A DNA stretch of 32,850 bases, from positions 1 to 32,850 of IMG/VR virus record IMGVR_UViG_3300048576_000617. One strand, 5' to 3'. The position numbers and the translations under genes are program-made. How positions within the stretch are numbered: position 1 is the first letter of the stretch; every line of letters begins with the position of its first letter. The DNA comes from a virus (Duplodnaviria > Caudoviricetes). The notes under the pieces were generated by a model. It was not told the DNA's origin, searched no databases, and saw only the letters and a program-made list of their open reading frames with translations. Of the stretch, positions 23,066-32,305 are shown one piece after another.

Positions 23066-25451
23066 GGAAATTCTGCTTGGATTCATCATTGGCGCAAAGC
23101 TCGCCAGCTCCTACTCGTCGGTGTTCGGGTCTGCCCAGCAGACGATAGGTCAGATCGGACGGGCAACGAGGGATCTGGGAGAAAAACAGCGCAAGCTGGG
23201 TGCGGACATCCAGAAGCACATAGGCACCCTGGCGCCTTCATCGATCGCCGCGCTTAACAGCCAGTACGAGCGCTTGGGCGTCACGATGGATCGCCTGCGC
23301 GCAAAGGAAGAACGGCTCTCCGTACTGCTGACACGCCGCAAGACGCTTCGTGAGGAGCGCGCAGATCTTCGCAGTCAAGGCCTCGAAACGATTGGCACGG
23401 CTGTCGCCATGGGCGCGCCCATAGCAAAATCGGTGACGATCGCCGCCAACTACCAGGACCAAATTAAGGACATTGCGATTACCGGCAACCTGGGCCGTGG
23501 TGCTGAGGCGCAGCTGGGTACGGCGCTCCGCAAGATCGCTCGGCGCACGAATCAGACGCAGGAAGAGCTGGTCAAGGGTGTCGGCATTATGGTCGCAAAC
23601 GGCATGACGCCCGCGGAGGCCCAGCGCTACGCGGGTTTGCTCGGCAAATCCGCGACCGCTACGCGCGCGAGCATGGACGACCTGGCGCAGCTGATGTTCA
23701 GCCTGCAGAACCAACTGGGCGTGAAGACCGAGGCCCAGATGGGCCAAGCGCTCGATGCGCTCGCGCACGCCGGCAAGCAGGGCCAGTTCGAGCTGCGCAA
23801 CATGGCGCGCTACTTTCCCGAGTTGGGCGCGCAGATGGCGAGCTTCGGTGCCACGGGGTTAGGTGCGGTCAAAGAGCTCGGCATGGCAATGCAGGTCGCA
23901 CGCAAGTACGCCGGCACCAACGAGGAGGCCGCACGCAACGCGGCCAACTGGTTCAGCCACATGACGGCCGGCCACACGGTGAAGGTCTTCGGCGACGTCG
24001 GCATCGACTACAAGGCCGAGGTTATGAAGCGCGTCCAGCGGGGCCAGTCTGCAATGCTCGCTTCACTTGACACCGTTGATACCTACATCGACAAGCTCAC
24101 GTCCGGCAAAGTAATTGAGGTCAAGGGGAAGAATGGCAAGGTCAAGGATCGGATCGATTTCCGTTCTGCGATTGCCCAGGCGCAGAAGAACGGTAACGAG
24201 CAGGAGGTGATGGCGCTCGTGTCACGTTTCGGACTCTCCAAGGTGCTGCAGGACATGCAGACAGTGAACTTCTACCTTGCCATGCGCCAAGGGCGCGGGA
24301 TGTTCCAGAGTGGCATGAAGAGTTTTGACGCGCCGGAAGCCAAAGGGGTCATCGATCGCGACTATCAGCGCCGTGTCGAGTCGGCCAGTGAGCAGTGGAA
24401 GCAGTTCAAGATCGGCGCGACCGATGTGGCCATCACCTTGGGCAACGCGCTTCTGCCTGCCTTGGTGGATCTGCTGCGCAAGGTCAAACCGGTGGTCGAA
24501 CGATTCGGTGCTTGGGCGGAGAAAAACCCGGGCCTGTTGCGCGGCATCATCGGGCTTGCGGGGGGGCTTTTGGCCGGGAAACTCGCGATGATCGGATTGG
24601 GCTACGGCCTCAACCTTGTGCTTACCCCAATCAACATGGTCAGGACCGCCTGGACTCTGCTGGGCGCAAAATTCGCTCTCTTCAATGCGATGCGCATTGC
24701 CGGCCGTTTCGTCCCGTTCGCCAATACGCTGGGGCGCGTTGGCGGGAGGATCAGCCTGGTCGGTGGCTGGGCGCTAAAGCTGGGCCGCATACTTGGCAGT
24801 GGGCTCGCAACCGGCGTACGTATCGCTGGCCAAGCTGTGCTCTGGCTTGGGCGTGCGCTGATGGCAAACCCGATTGGCCTGGTCGTAACCGCCATTGGCG
24901 TTGCGGCGTATCTAGTCTGGAAGCACTGGGACAAAGTCAAGGCCGCTGCAATAGCAGGCTTGAACTGGGCCAAGGGGCTGGGCGCACGTTTTTGGGAGGC
25001 CGGCACACACCTGGTCGATGGCTTGGTTAATGGTGTCTCGGCACGTATCGGTGCTGCGCGTGATCGCATCGTCAAGTTTGGTCGCTCTGTGCGCGACTGG
25101 TTTGCCAACACGCTGGGTATCCATTCTCCTTCGCGCGTCTTCGTTGGGATGGGCGGCAACATTGCGGAAGGTGCGGCGATCGGCGTGACTCGGGGCACCC
25201 CGATGGTTAAGAAGGCAGTTGCGGGAATGGCTGCTCTCTCTCTTGCTGCGCCAGCCCTTGCTGCAAGTGGGGCCGGTGGCGCGGGGGGTAGCGGCGGAGT
25301 GCACATTCACTTCAATCCCGTGATTCACGTCGCCAGTGGCGCGCCGGAGGCAGTGAAGGAATCGGTTGGCCAGGCACTCAAACTCTCGACCGTTGAGCTT
25401 GAACAGATGCTCCGCCGAGTGCTGGCCCAACAAAAGCGGAGGGCTTTCTGA
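23058..25451 (+). CDS. tail tape measure protein
   Basis: AAGGAG SD with GTG start; 797 aa helical Ala/Gly-rich; GKQGQFEL, ANPIGLVV, LGIHSPSRVF. Confidence 0.95.
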   Translation: MAKEILLGFIIGAKLASSYSSVFGSAQQTIGQIGRATRDLGEKQRKLGADIQKHIGTLAPSSIAALNSQYERLGVTMDRLRAKEERLSVLLTRRKTLREERADLRSQGLETIGTAVAMGAPIAKSVTIAANYQDQIKDIAITGNLGRGAEAQLGTALRKIARRTNQTQEELVKGVGIMVANGMTPAEAQRYAGLLGKSATATRASMDDLAQLMFSLQNQLGVKTEAQMGQALDALAHAGKQGQFELRNMARYFPELGAQMASFGATGLGAVKELGMAMQVARKYAGTNEEAARNAANWFSHMTAGHTVKVFGDVGIDYKAEVMKRVQRGQSAMLASLDTVDTYIDKLTSGKVIEVKGKNGKVKDRIDFRSAIAQAQKNGNEQEVMALVSRFGLSKVLQDMQTVNFYLAMRQGRGMFQSGMKSFDAPEAKGVIDRDYQRRVESASEQWKQFKIGATDVAITLGNALLPALVDLLRKVKPVVERFGAWAEKNPGLLRGIIGLAGGLLAGKLAMIGLGYGLNLVLTPINMVRTAWTLLGAKFALFNAMRIAGRFVPFANTLGRVGGRISLVGGWALKLGRILGSGLATGVRIAGQAVLWLGRALMANPIGLVVTAIGVAAYLVWKHWDKVKAAAIAGLNWAKGLGARFWEAGTHLVDGLVNGVSARIGAARDRIVKFGRSVRDWFANTLGIHSPSRVFVGMGGNIAEGAAIGVTRGTPMVKKAVAGMAALSLAAPALAASGAGGAGGSGGVHIHFNPVIHVASGAPEAVKESVGQALKLSTVELEQMLRRVLAQQKRRAF

Positions 25452-26359
25452 TGTTCGCCGCGCTGGGTGAGATTACCTTCGAGCTGCTCCATGTCGACGG
25501 ACAAGGTACGCAGGAAGCGGCATCCTGGGCCGAGCATGCTCTGATTGAAGGTAAACCGCGGCTGCAGTGGATCGGCGAAGCGCTGACCGAAATCCGCCTC
25601 GACCTCTCGTTCCACATCGGCTACTGCAAGCCGGATGCGGAGATCAAACGGTTGCGCAAGGCCAAGAGCGACCACCAGGCGATGGCCTATGTGCTGGGCA
25701 ACGGTGTGCACAGAGGTTGGTATGTGATCACCGATCTTTCGGTTACGAGCAGAAACACGGGGCCGACTGGCACGACGCTCGCAGCCGAGGTCTCGCTGAC
25801 GCTGCGCGAGTATGTGGGCGACCCAGCGAAACCTGCGGCAGCACCGGCGGTTAATCCTCCGCAGTTGCCACCCAGCGCACAGCTCAGTGCCTCGACTATA
25901 TCCAAGGCCGTTCAGGCCGCGCAGGCGAGTCCGCTTGCCTCTGCAGTGAGCAAGGCAGTCGCTGCCGCAGGGCAGGCTCGCGCCGCGATGTCTGCCGTAT
26001 CGCAAGGCATCGCGATCGCAAAGGGCTTTTCAGCAAATCCGCTCGCCGCGCTCTCCAGAGTTCCTGGTCTGGTGAGTAACTCGTCGCAACTGGTTGAGGG
26101 ACTCTCGAAGATCGCCCCCGCGCTCGGCCCCGTCGCATCTCAGCTCACGGACGCACAAGCCGTGCTGAAACCCGCCGCTCAGGCGCTGTCTGCCGCGTCT
26201 GCATTGAAGGGCGCACTGGGCGGCGTGACCGGGAAGAACGTCATGGGCCGGCTCGCTGACGCTGGCGTCAAGCTCGACGCTGTCAGCGGCGCGCTTGACG
26301 CGGCCGCGCCATCGCTCGCAAAGCTCGCAAGCCGGGTAACCACACGGAAGAACGCATGA
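25451..26359 (+). CDS. P2 GpU-like tail protein with long Ala-rich C-terminal extension
   Basis: MFAALGEITF, WAEHALIEGKPRLQWIG, LTLREY. Confidence 0.85.
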   Translation: MFAALGEITFELLHVDGQGTQEAASWAEHALIEGKPRLQWIGEALTEIRLDLSFHIGYCKPDAEIKRLRKAKSDHQAMAYVLGNGVHRGWYVITDLSVTSRNTGPTGTTLAAEVSLTLREYVGDPAKPAAAPAVNPPQLPPSAQLSASTISKAVQAAQASPLASAVSKAVAAAGQARAAMSAVSQGIAIAKGFSANPLAALSRVPGLVSNSSQLVEGLSKIAPALGPVASQLTDAQAVLKPAAQALSAASALKGALGGVTGKNVMGRLADAGVKLDAVSGALDAAAPSLAKLASRVTTRKNA

Positions 26360-26571
26360 GCTATCTGACCCACATTACCGTTGAGGGCGAGCGCTGGGAT
26401 CAGCTCGCCGCGCGCTACTACGGCAGCCCCTACGCCTATGAGCAAATCATCAATGCAAATCCGGGTGTGCCGATTGGCCCACGGTTGCCGGGGGGCGTCG
26501 AGTTGCTGATCCCGGTCGTCGAGGTCGTCACCGCGGTGGCCGCCGACGAGCTGCCGCCCTGGAAGCGTTGA
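26356..26571 (+). CDS. P2 GpX-like (LysM) tail protein
   Basis: GERWDQLAARYYG, IINANP, LPPW. Confidence 0.9.
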   Translation: MSYLTHITVEGERWDQLAARYYGSPYAYEQIINANPGVPIGPRLPGGVELLIPVVEVVTAVAADELPPWKR

Positions 26572-27578
26572 TGACAGCCACACAACCTGTTCTAGAGCCG
26601 GTCTTTGAGGTGTGGCGTGCCGGCCGCAACGTCACGCGCAGGATCACGCCCTACGTCACGTCGATCACGTACACGGATTACGTCGAGGGGCAAGCCGACA
26701 CGCTGGAGATTGCCCTTGAAGACAGCGATGGTCGTTGGCGCGATGCGGACTACCCGGTCAAGGGCGAAAACCTCTCGCTTGAGCTGGGCTACGCCGATCA
26801 GCCGCGCCTCGAATGCGGCGTTTTTGAGATCGATGAGCTTGAGCTGGATGGGCCTCCCGACGTTGTTCAACTGCGCGCGATCGCCGCTGGCGTGCTGCGG
26901 CCGCAGCGCACACACCTTGGCCGCGCTTACGAAAACACCACGCTCGCGGGGATCGCGCAGAAGGTGGCGACACGGCTTCACCTGAAGCTTGTGGGCAAGA
27001 TCGACCCGGTTGCGATCCGGCGGGTGACTCAGATCCACGAGAACGATTTGACCTTCCTGCATCGCCTCGCGGACGAGTACGGTTATGCCTTTAATGTGAA
27101 GGGCACTCAGCTGGTGTTCTGGAAGCGCCGCGCACTGCGCGACCAGTCGCCCATTCTGACCCTGACGCGCGGCGATCTCACGCGCTACAACCTGCGCGAC
27201 AAGATCATGGGTGTGGTCGAGGAAACGCGGATCGCCTATCACGACCCCAAGACGAAGCGCCTGCGCCATTACAAGGTGCGCGACACCGCTCGTGCGGGAT
27301 CGGGCAAAGCGAGCTCAGATGTTGTCAAACACGTGGTGAGAACCGAGTCACCCGAGCAGGCAGAGACAAAGGCCTCGGCAGCTCTGGACGCGGCGAACAT
27401 CGAGGCAACAGTCCTCAACTGCGAACTGATTGGTAACCTGCGCATGGTGGCGGGCGTGAACTTCACGCTGCGTGACATGGGCCGAGTCTCGGGGGTCTAT
27501 CACATCGTCTCCAGCCGCCACACTATGTCCCGCAGCAGTGGCTACAGCACAAGCATCGAGGCAAAGCGTGTTCGATAA
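26571..27578 (+). CDS. P2 GpD-like baseplate hub (late control D)
   Basis: ADTLEIALED.DG, GVFEIDE, ENDLTFLHRLADEYG. Confidence 0.9.
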   Translation: MTATQPVLEPVFEVWRAGRNVTRRITPYVTSITYTDYVEGQADTLEIALEDSDGRWRDADYPVKGENLSLELGYADQPRLECGVFEIDELELDGPPDVVQLRAIAAGVLRPQRTHLGRAYENTTLAGIAQKVATRLHLKLVGKIDPVAIRRVTQIHENDLTFLHRLADEYGYAFNVKGTQLVFWKRRALRDQSPILTLTRGDLTRYNLRDKIMGVVEETRIAYHDPKTKRLRHYKVRDTARAGSGKASSDVVKHVVRTESPEQAETKASAALDAANIEATVLNCELIGNLRMVAGVNFTLRDMGRVSGVYHIVSSRHTMSRSSGYSTSIEAKRVR

Positions 27579-28113
27579 TCCCGCGCTCAAATTCTTCGGC
27601 GCAGCCTTCAAGACCGGCGTCGTCAGCGCGCGCGTAGCTCGGCCTCCTCGCGTGCGTGTGCGCTTCGAGGACATCGACGGTCTTGAGAGCCACTGGCTTC
27701 CGGTTGTGGTCAAGGGCTCGCTTAGGAACAAGCACTACCACCTGCCTGACATCGGCGAGCATGTCGCCTGCCTCATGGATGCGCGCTTCGAGGAAGGGGT
27801 CGTGGTCGGTGCGATCTACTCAGACGAGGACGAGCCGCCGATCGACAACGGCGAGTGCACGCATGTGCGTTTCGGCGACGGCACGAGCATCGACTACAAC
27901 CGCGAGAGTCACACTCTGACGATCGACGCCACGGGGCCGATCAACATCTCCACGACCGGCTCCGTGCATGTCACCGCGCCCAGCGCCACGGTCACGGCCG
28001 ACACAATCAAACTGGACTCGCCACAGACCACCTGCACGGGCAAGCTCACCGTCACTGGCAACGTCCAGGTGAACGGCAACATCACCGCGACCGGGCGCAT
28101 CACCGGGGCCTGA
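27568..28113 (+). CDS. baseplate spike (P2 GpV-like)
   Basis: ESHWLPV, LPDIGEHV, GVVVGAIYS, FGDGTSIDY; C-terminal beta-helix repeats; GAGG before GTG. Confidence 0.9.
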   Translation: MFDNPALKFFGAAFKTGVVSARVARPPRVRVRFEDIDGLESHWLPVVVKGSLRNKHYHLPDIGEHVACLMDARFEEGVVVGAIYSDEDEPPIDNGECTHVRFGDGTSIDYNRESHTLTIDATGPINISTTGSVHVTAPSATVTADTIKLDSPQTTCTGKLTVTGNVQVNGNITATGRITGA

Positions 28114-28118
28114 GTCCT

Positions 28119-28160
28119 TAAACCGCTTTAGTGTCTCGGGCCAACGGCGCGACGGAAGAT
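28119..28160 (+). promoter_or_regulatory. candidate late promoter 4 (baseplate wedge/fibre operon)
   Basis: TAAACCGCTTTAG 28119-28131 and GAAGAT 28155-28160; ATG at 28167. Confidence 0.7.
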
Positions 28161-28166
28161 CGCGCC

Positions 28167-28526
28167 ATGACCCGGCTCTCAGACATTACCGCCGCCCATT
28201 GGCAACCCGCGCTCGGCAGCCCCGACACGATTGTGACGGGGCTCGCCGATATTCAGCAGGCGATCGCCATCATCTTGCGCACGCCCAAGGGCGCAGACCC
28301 ACACCGCCCAGCGTTCGGTAGCAACCTGCGTGACTACCTGGACTGGCCTGTCGAGCAGGCCATCCCGCATGTGGTGCGCGAGAGCGTCGAGGCGATCCGC
28401 CGCTGGGAGCCGCGCGTCGATGTCGTCTCAGTCACCCCGACGATCGACGGGGCGCACCTGACGCTGCGCGTGGTGTTCCTGCTCGCTGACGGCGTCGAGG
28501 CGCAGACGCAGGTGGTCGTAGCATGA
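28167..28526 (+). CDS. GpW/gp25-like baseplate protein
   Basis: IQQAIAIILRTPKG.DPHRP.FGS, AIRRWEPRV. Confidence 0.9.
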   Translation: MTRLSDITAAHWQPALGSPDTIVTGLADIQQAIAIILRTPKGADPHRPAFGSNLRDYLDWPVEQAIPHVVRESVEAIRRWEPRVDVVSVTPTIDGAHLTLRVVFLLADGVEAQTQVVVA

Positions 28527-29632
28527 GTCTCCCTCGCCCTGACTTCGTGTCCCGCGACGCAGAGACGATCACCGCTGAGCTGGTCGCGCAGTACGAATCG
28601 CTGACCGGTCGCACGCTCTATCCTGCCCAGGTCGAACGCATACTCATCGACCTGGTCGCCTATCGGGAGCTGCTCTGCCGCATCGCGATTCAAGAAGCGG
28701 CCGAGCAGAACCTTGTGGCCTTCGCCCGCGCGCCGATGATCGACTATCTTGGCGAACTGGTGGATGTCACCCGCTTACCTGCGAAGGCCGCGCAGACGAC
28801 GCTGCGCATCACGCTTGCCGCTGCACAGCCCGCTGATACCCTGGTTGCTGCCGGTACCCGCGTCGAGAGTTCTGACGGGCTCTTCGCCTTCGCAACGGAC
28901 GTTGCTGCAACGATCCCCGCCGGACAGCTCACAACGGATGTGGCGGCCACCTGCACCACGGCAGGAACCACGGGCAACGGCTGGACGGCAGGTCAGCTAG
29001 CCGCGCTCACTGACGACCCGGGAAATGGGCTGCTCACGGTCTCCAACGTCATCGCATCCAACGGCGGCATGGACAGCGAAGATGATGACCGTCTGCGCGA
29101 ACGGATCAAGCTCGCACCCGAGGCTTTTTCAACTGCCGGCAGCGCCCAGGCGTACCGCTTCCATGCGCTTTCGGCGAGCCAGGCCGTGCTCGATGTGGCC
29201 GTGCTCTCAGTCACGCCTGGCACGGTGCAGCTCTACCCGCTGGCAACGACAGGGCTCCCCGATGCGAACTTGCTGTTGCTGGTAGAGGCGACTTGCTCGG
29301 CCGAGAAAGTGCGGCCATTGAGCGATGCCGTTCAGGCGCTTGCACCCACTCAGGTCGATTACGCGATCTCCGCTTCACTCACGCTCTACGCCTGGGCTGA
29401 CGCTCCGAGCGCTCAGGCTGATGCGCTCAGTGCGGCCCAGGCCTACGCCGCAAACCGTGCGGCAGGCCTCGGCCGCGACATCGTACCGAGCCAACTAGTG
29501 GCCGCACTCTCGGTGCCTGGCGTCTATCAGGTGACGCTGACCGCGCCTGCGGCGACCAATGCGCTGAGTGCCAACAAGTGGGCGCACTGCACTGGCATCC
29601 AGATCACTCTGGCGGGCACTACCAATGGCTAA
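28523..29632 (+). CDS. baseplate J/gp47-like protein
   Basis: EDDDRLRERI, FSTAGSAQAYRFHALSA, EKVRPLSD.V. Confidence 0.93.
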   Translation: MSLPRPDFVSRDAETITAELVAQYESLTGRTLYPAQVERILIDLVAYRELLCRIAIQEAAEQNLVAFARAPMIDYLGELVDVTRLPAKAAQTTLRITLAAAQPADTLVAAGTRVESSDGLFAFATDVAATIPAGQLTTDVAATCTTAGTTGNGWTAGQLAALTDDPGNGLLTVSNVIASNGGMDSEDDDRLRERIKLAPEAFSTAGSAQAYRFHALSASQAVLDVAVLSVTPGTVQLYPLATTGLPDANLLLLVEATCSAEKVRPLSDAVQALAPTQVDYAISASLTLYAWADAPSAQADALSAAQAYAANRAAGLGRDIVPSQLVAALSVPGVYQVTLTAPAATNALSANKWAHCTGIQITLAGTTNG

Positions 29633-30248
29633 CCTACTGGTTCCACCGCTCGCACAGGACACCCGCAGCCAGGCGATCGACGCCCTCGCTGCGAGGCTCT
29701 CGGCGCTCGACGTGAGCCCAGTGCTCACCAGCCTTGTGGATTTGACGCCTGCGACCGCGCTACCGCTGCTCGCCGAACAGTTCCACATCCTGGGCGCCGA
29801 GGGCTGGCAGTACGCTACGACGGACGCCCAGCGCCGGGCTCTGATCAAGCGCGCGATCGCATTGCACCGCTACAAGGGCACGCCCTGGGCGATCCGCCAG
29901 GCGCTCGCGTCCTTGGGCCTTGATCAGTGCGCAATTACCGAGCGCCCAGAGGGCGCCCACTGGGCTGAATTCGATCTCGAAGTGACGCTGACCGACCGCA
30001 GCGCCGATCCATCGCTCTACGACACCGTCGCGGCAATCGTGGAAGCGTGGAAGCCCGCGCGCAGCCATCTGCGCAGGCTGGGCATTGTCGTTGCAAGCCA
30101 GGGGCAAGCCTTCTCCGCCGCGGCAACGCTGCTGGGGGACGCCACCACGGTCTATCCGTTCGCTCTCGCTGCGCAAAGCAGCTCCGGCCCGCTCTACGCC
30201 GCCGCCGCGCTGCATGGCGCCGACATCCTCACCGTCTATCCGCATTGA
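29625..30248 (+). CDS. P2 GpI-like baseplate protein
   Basis: LPLLAEQFH, RALIKRAIALHRYKGTPWAI, KPARSHL. Confidence 0.92.
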   Translation: MANLLVPPLAQDTRSQAIDALAARLSALDVSPVLTSLVDLTPATALPLLAEQFHILGAEGWQYATTDAQRRALIKRAIALHRYKGTPWAIRQALASLGLDQCAITERPEGAHWAEFDLEVTLTDRSADPSLYDTVAAIVEAWKPARSHLRRLGIVVASQGQAFSAAATLLGDATTVYPFALAAQSSSGPLYAAAALHGADILTVYPH

Positions 30249-30255
30249 GACCACG

Positions 30256-30801
30256 ATGAATTTCTACACCTTGCTCACGACCATCGGACAGGCGCAGCTC
30301 GCCAACGCGGCCGCGTTGGCCGTCCAGCTTCCGATTACCCAGTTCGCGCTGGGAGACGGCACCGGCGCGGCGATCACGCCGACCGAATCAATGACGGCGC
30401 TGACGCACGAAGTGCACCGACGCGCGGTCTCCTCTGTCCGCGTCGACGTCAACAACCCGAACTGGCTGGTTATTGAGGCCACGATCCCTGCCGACGTTGG
30501 CGGCTGGACTGTTCGGGAGGCGGGAGCATTTGACGCGGCGGGCAACCTGATCGCCGTTGGCTCTGTCCCCGACACCTACAAGCCGCTGCTCGCTGAAGGC
30601 TCGGCTCGCGAGATGGTGTTCCGGATGGTCGTGCAACTCGCTAATGCCTCAAACGTGGTCTTGCAGATCGACCCGGCAATCGTGCTTGCGTCAAGAGCAT
30701 ACGTCGACGGGGTGACCGCTACACATGAAGCGAAAGCAGACCCACACCCGCAGTACCGCAGGCGCCGGCCAGCATTCGACTACTACCGCAACCAGCTTTA
30801 A
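30256..30801 (+). CDS. stand-alone tail-fibre anchor domain (P2 gpH N-terminus/DUF3751-like), 181 aa
   Basis: FYTLLTTIG, ALGDG, IPADVGGWTVRE.G, YKP.LAEGS, IDPAIVLASR.YVD, H...DPHPQY; then stop. Confidence 0.88.
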   Translation: MNFYTLLTTIGQAQLANAAALAVQLPITQFALGDGTGAAITPTESMTALTHEVHRRAVSSVRVDVNNPNWLVIEATIPADVGGWTVREAGAFDAAGNLIAVGSVPDTYKPLLAEGSAREMVFRMVVQLANASNVVLQIDPAIVLASRAYVDGVTATHEAKADPHPQYRRRRPAFDYYRNQL

Positions 30802-30815
30802 CGGGAGATATACCC

Positions 30816-31139
30816 ATGACCATCGCTTCTGGCCGCCTCGGCGCGGCCGATCTTGTCGCAGCAACTGACACACTGCTCTACACAGTCCCCCCCGCGACGA
30901 TCGCGACAGCCGACGTGCGCATCTGCAACCGCGGCGCAGTTGCCGCGAAGGTTCGTATCGCGATCGGCGCCGGAGCCGCGCCGGCCGCCGCCGACTACAT
31001 CGACTACGACACGACCGTGCCGGCCGGCGGAGTGCTCAGCGAAAGCGGAATTCCGCTCGCCTCTGGCGAAAAGGTCTGGGTGCGCTCCGATTTGGCCAGC
31101 GTATCGGCGCAGATTCGCGGGTTTGAGGAGGCCGCCTGA
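30816..31139 (+). CDS. small beta-rich tail-fibre module protein (putative adaptor)
   Basis: GGGAG SD; LYTVP...VRICNR...YIDYD..VPAGGVL; coupled to the next gene. Confidence 0.75.
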   Translation: MTIASGRLGAADLVAATDTLLYTVPPATIATADVRICNRGAVAAKVRIAIGAGAAPAAADYIDYDTTVPAGGVLSESGIPLASGEKVWVRSDLASVSAQIRGFEEAA

Positions 31140-32305
31140 TGAACCGCTATATCACCGGCGGCGGCGACGTTGCGCCCCAGGGAAGCCTCGTGCTGCTCAA
31201 TGATGCGCTGACCGGTTATCTGCCGTGCGACGGCATGACCACATACGCATCCGGCACGATCCTCAACGATCTGCTGACTCAGACCGTGCAGACCGCGCCG
31301 TGGGGCGTGAACGTGACCTACGTGTTTGCGAGTAGCGGTGCCATTGCTGTCACGATCTCATCCGGCACTTTCAAGCGCACGACCGATGGCCTCACCTGGA
31401 ACACTGTCGCCGCCCCACCGGTCGCCCCGGCCAACTACTACTGGTCGGCGATTACCTGGGATGGCGCGAAATTCATCGCCTTCGCTGGGTCGCTAACCCA
31501 GGGAAATCTCGGTATCTACTACTCGACTTCGGCCGATTGCATCACTTGGAGCGCTTACGGCACAGTGCAGGCGCCAACGTCGTCTGGAACCTCGTCCGTC
31601 TCGGGGAGCTTGGTGGCAGCATCAAACGCCACCACTGGACAATCGGTCCTCTGGTGTGGTTCGCTCGGAACCTGCTACCGCTCTGCGAATGGAACAGCCT
31701 GGTCTGGCGCAACCGGCGTCAACGGTGGCGCCAACGCAGCGAACATCGTGGGCTATGGCTCCAACTGTTTCATGCTCGAAGTCGCAGACCAGCAGTTTCC
31801 CAGGACATACAAATCCACAGACGGCGGCGCGACTTTCACGAATGTCAGCTTCCCGGTCGGCGCAAGCAAGGTCACGCCCTTGATTGGTACGCCAGGGGGA
31901 ACAGTGATTGGTGTCGTGAAGTCGGCAGTCACCGGCAGCCAGCCGATGCTAGTCCGCAGCACTGATGGTGGCACGACATGGCAGGGCGTTCGCGGCTCGC
32001 CGACGCCGCTCTTCCAGCAGACATTCTCACTGACGCCCGCGTCTTCCTGCGCCGTCGGCACGACGCTCTACGTCGAAAATTTGCAGTCGACAGATGACGG
32101 ACAAACTTGGACCCGCCGCGGTGTGCCGAACCCGATCGGATCCATCTCGGGTTCCTGGGCGGTCACAACAGCCTTTGCAATCGGCGGGTCGCTGTGTGCA
32201 ATGCTGCGCTGGGCTGCCGGCACAGTCGCAATCCTCGCATCGGGCGCCAAGTCTGGAATCGGCATGGTCCCCTACAACCCCGGCTACTTCGTAAAGGTCG
32301 CGTGA
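31139..32305 (+). CDS. putative receptor-binding protein with BNR/Asp-box repeats
   Basis: GYLPCDG collar-like motif; TTDGLTW, SADCITW, SANGTAW, STDGGATF, STDGGTTW, STDDGQTW; terminal YFVKVA. Confidence 0.75.
   Translation: MNRYITGGGDVAPQGSLVLLNDALTGYLPCDGMTTYASGTILNDLLTQTVQTAPWGVNVTYVFASSGAIAVTISSGTFKRTTDGLTWNTVAAPPVAPANYYWSAITWDGAKFIAFAGSLTQGNLGIYYSTSADCITWSAYGTVQAPTSSGTSSVSGSLVAASNATTGQSVLWCGSLGTCYRSANGTAWSGATGVNGGANAANIVGYGSNCFMLEVADQQFPRTYKSTDGGATFTNVSFPVGASKVTPLIGTPGGTVIGVVKSAVTGSQPMLVRSTDGGTTWQGVRGSPTPLFQQTFSLTPASSCAVGTTLYVENLQSTDDGQTWTRRGVPNPIGSISGSWAVTTAFAIGGSLCAMLRWAAGTVAILASGAKSGIGMVPYNPGYFVKVA

Noticed and set aside
22793-23257. Plus-strand ORF spanning the chaperone-tape measure gap
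   Set aside because: Arg/His/Asp-rich mirror of the hydrophobic minus-strand gene; overlaps the tape measure out of frame
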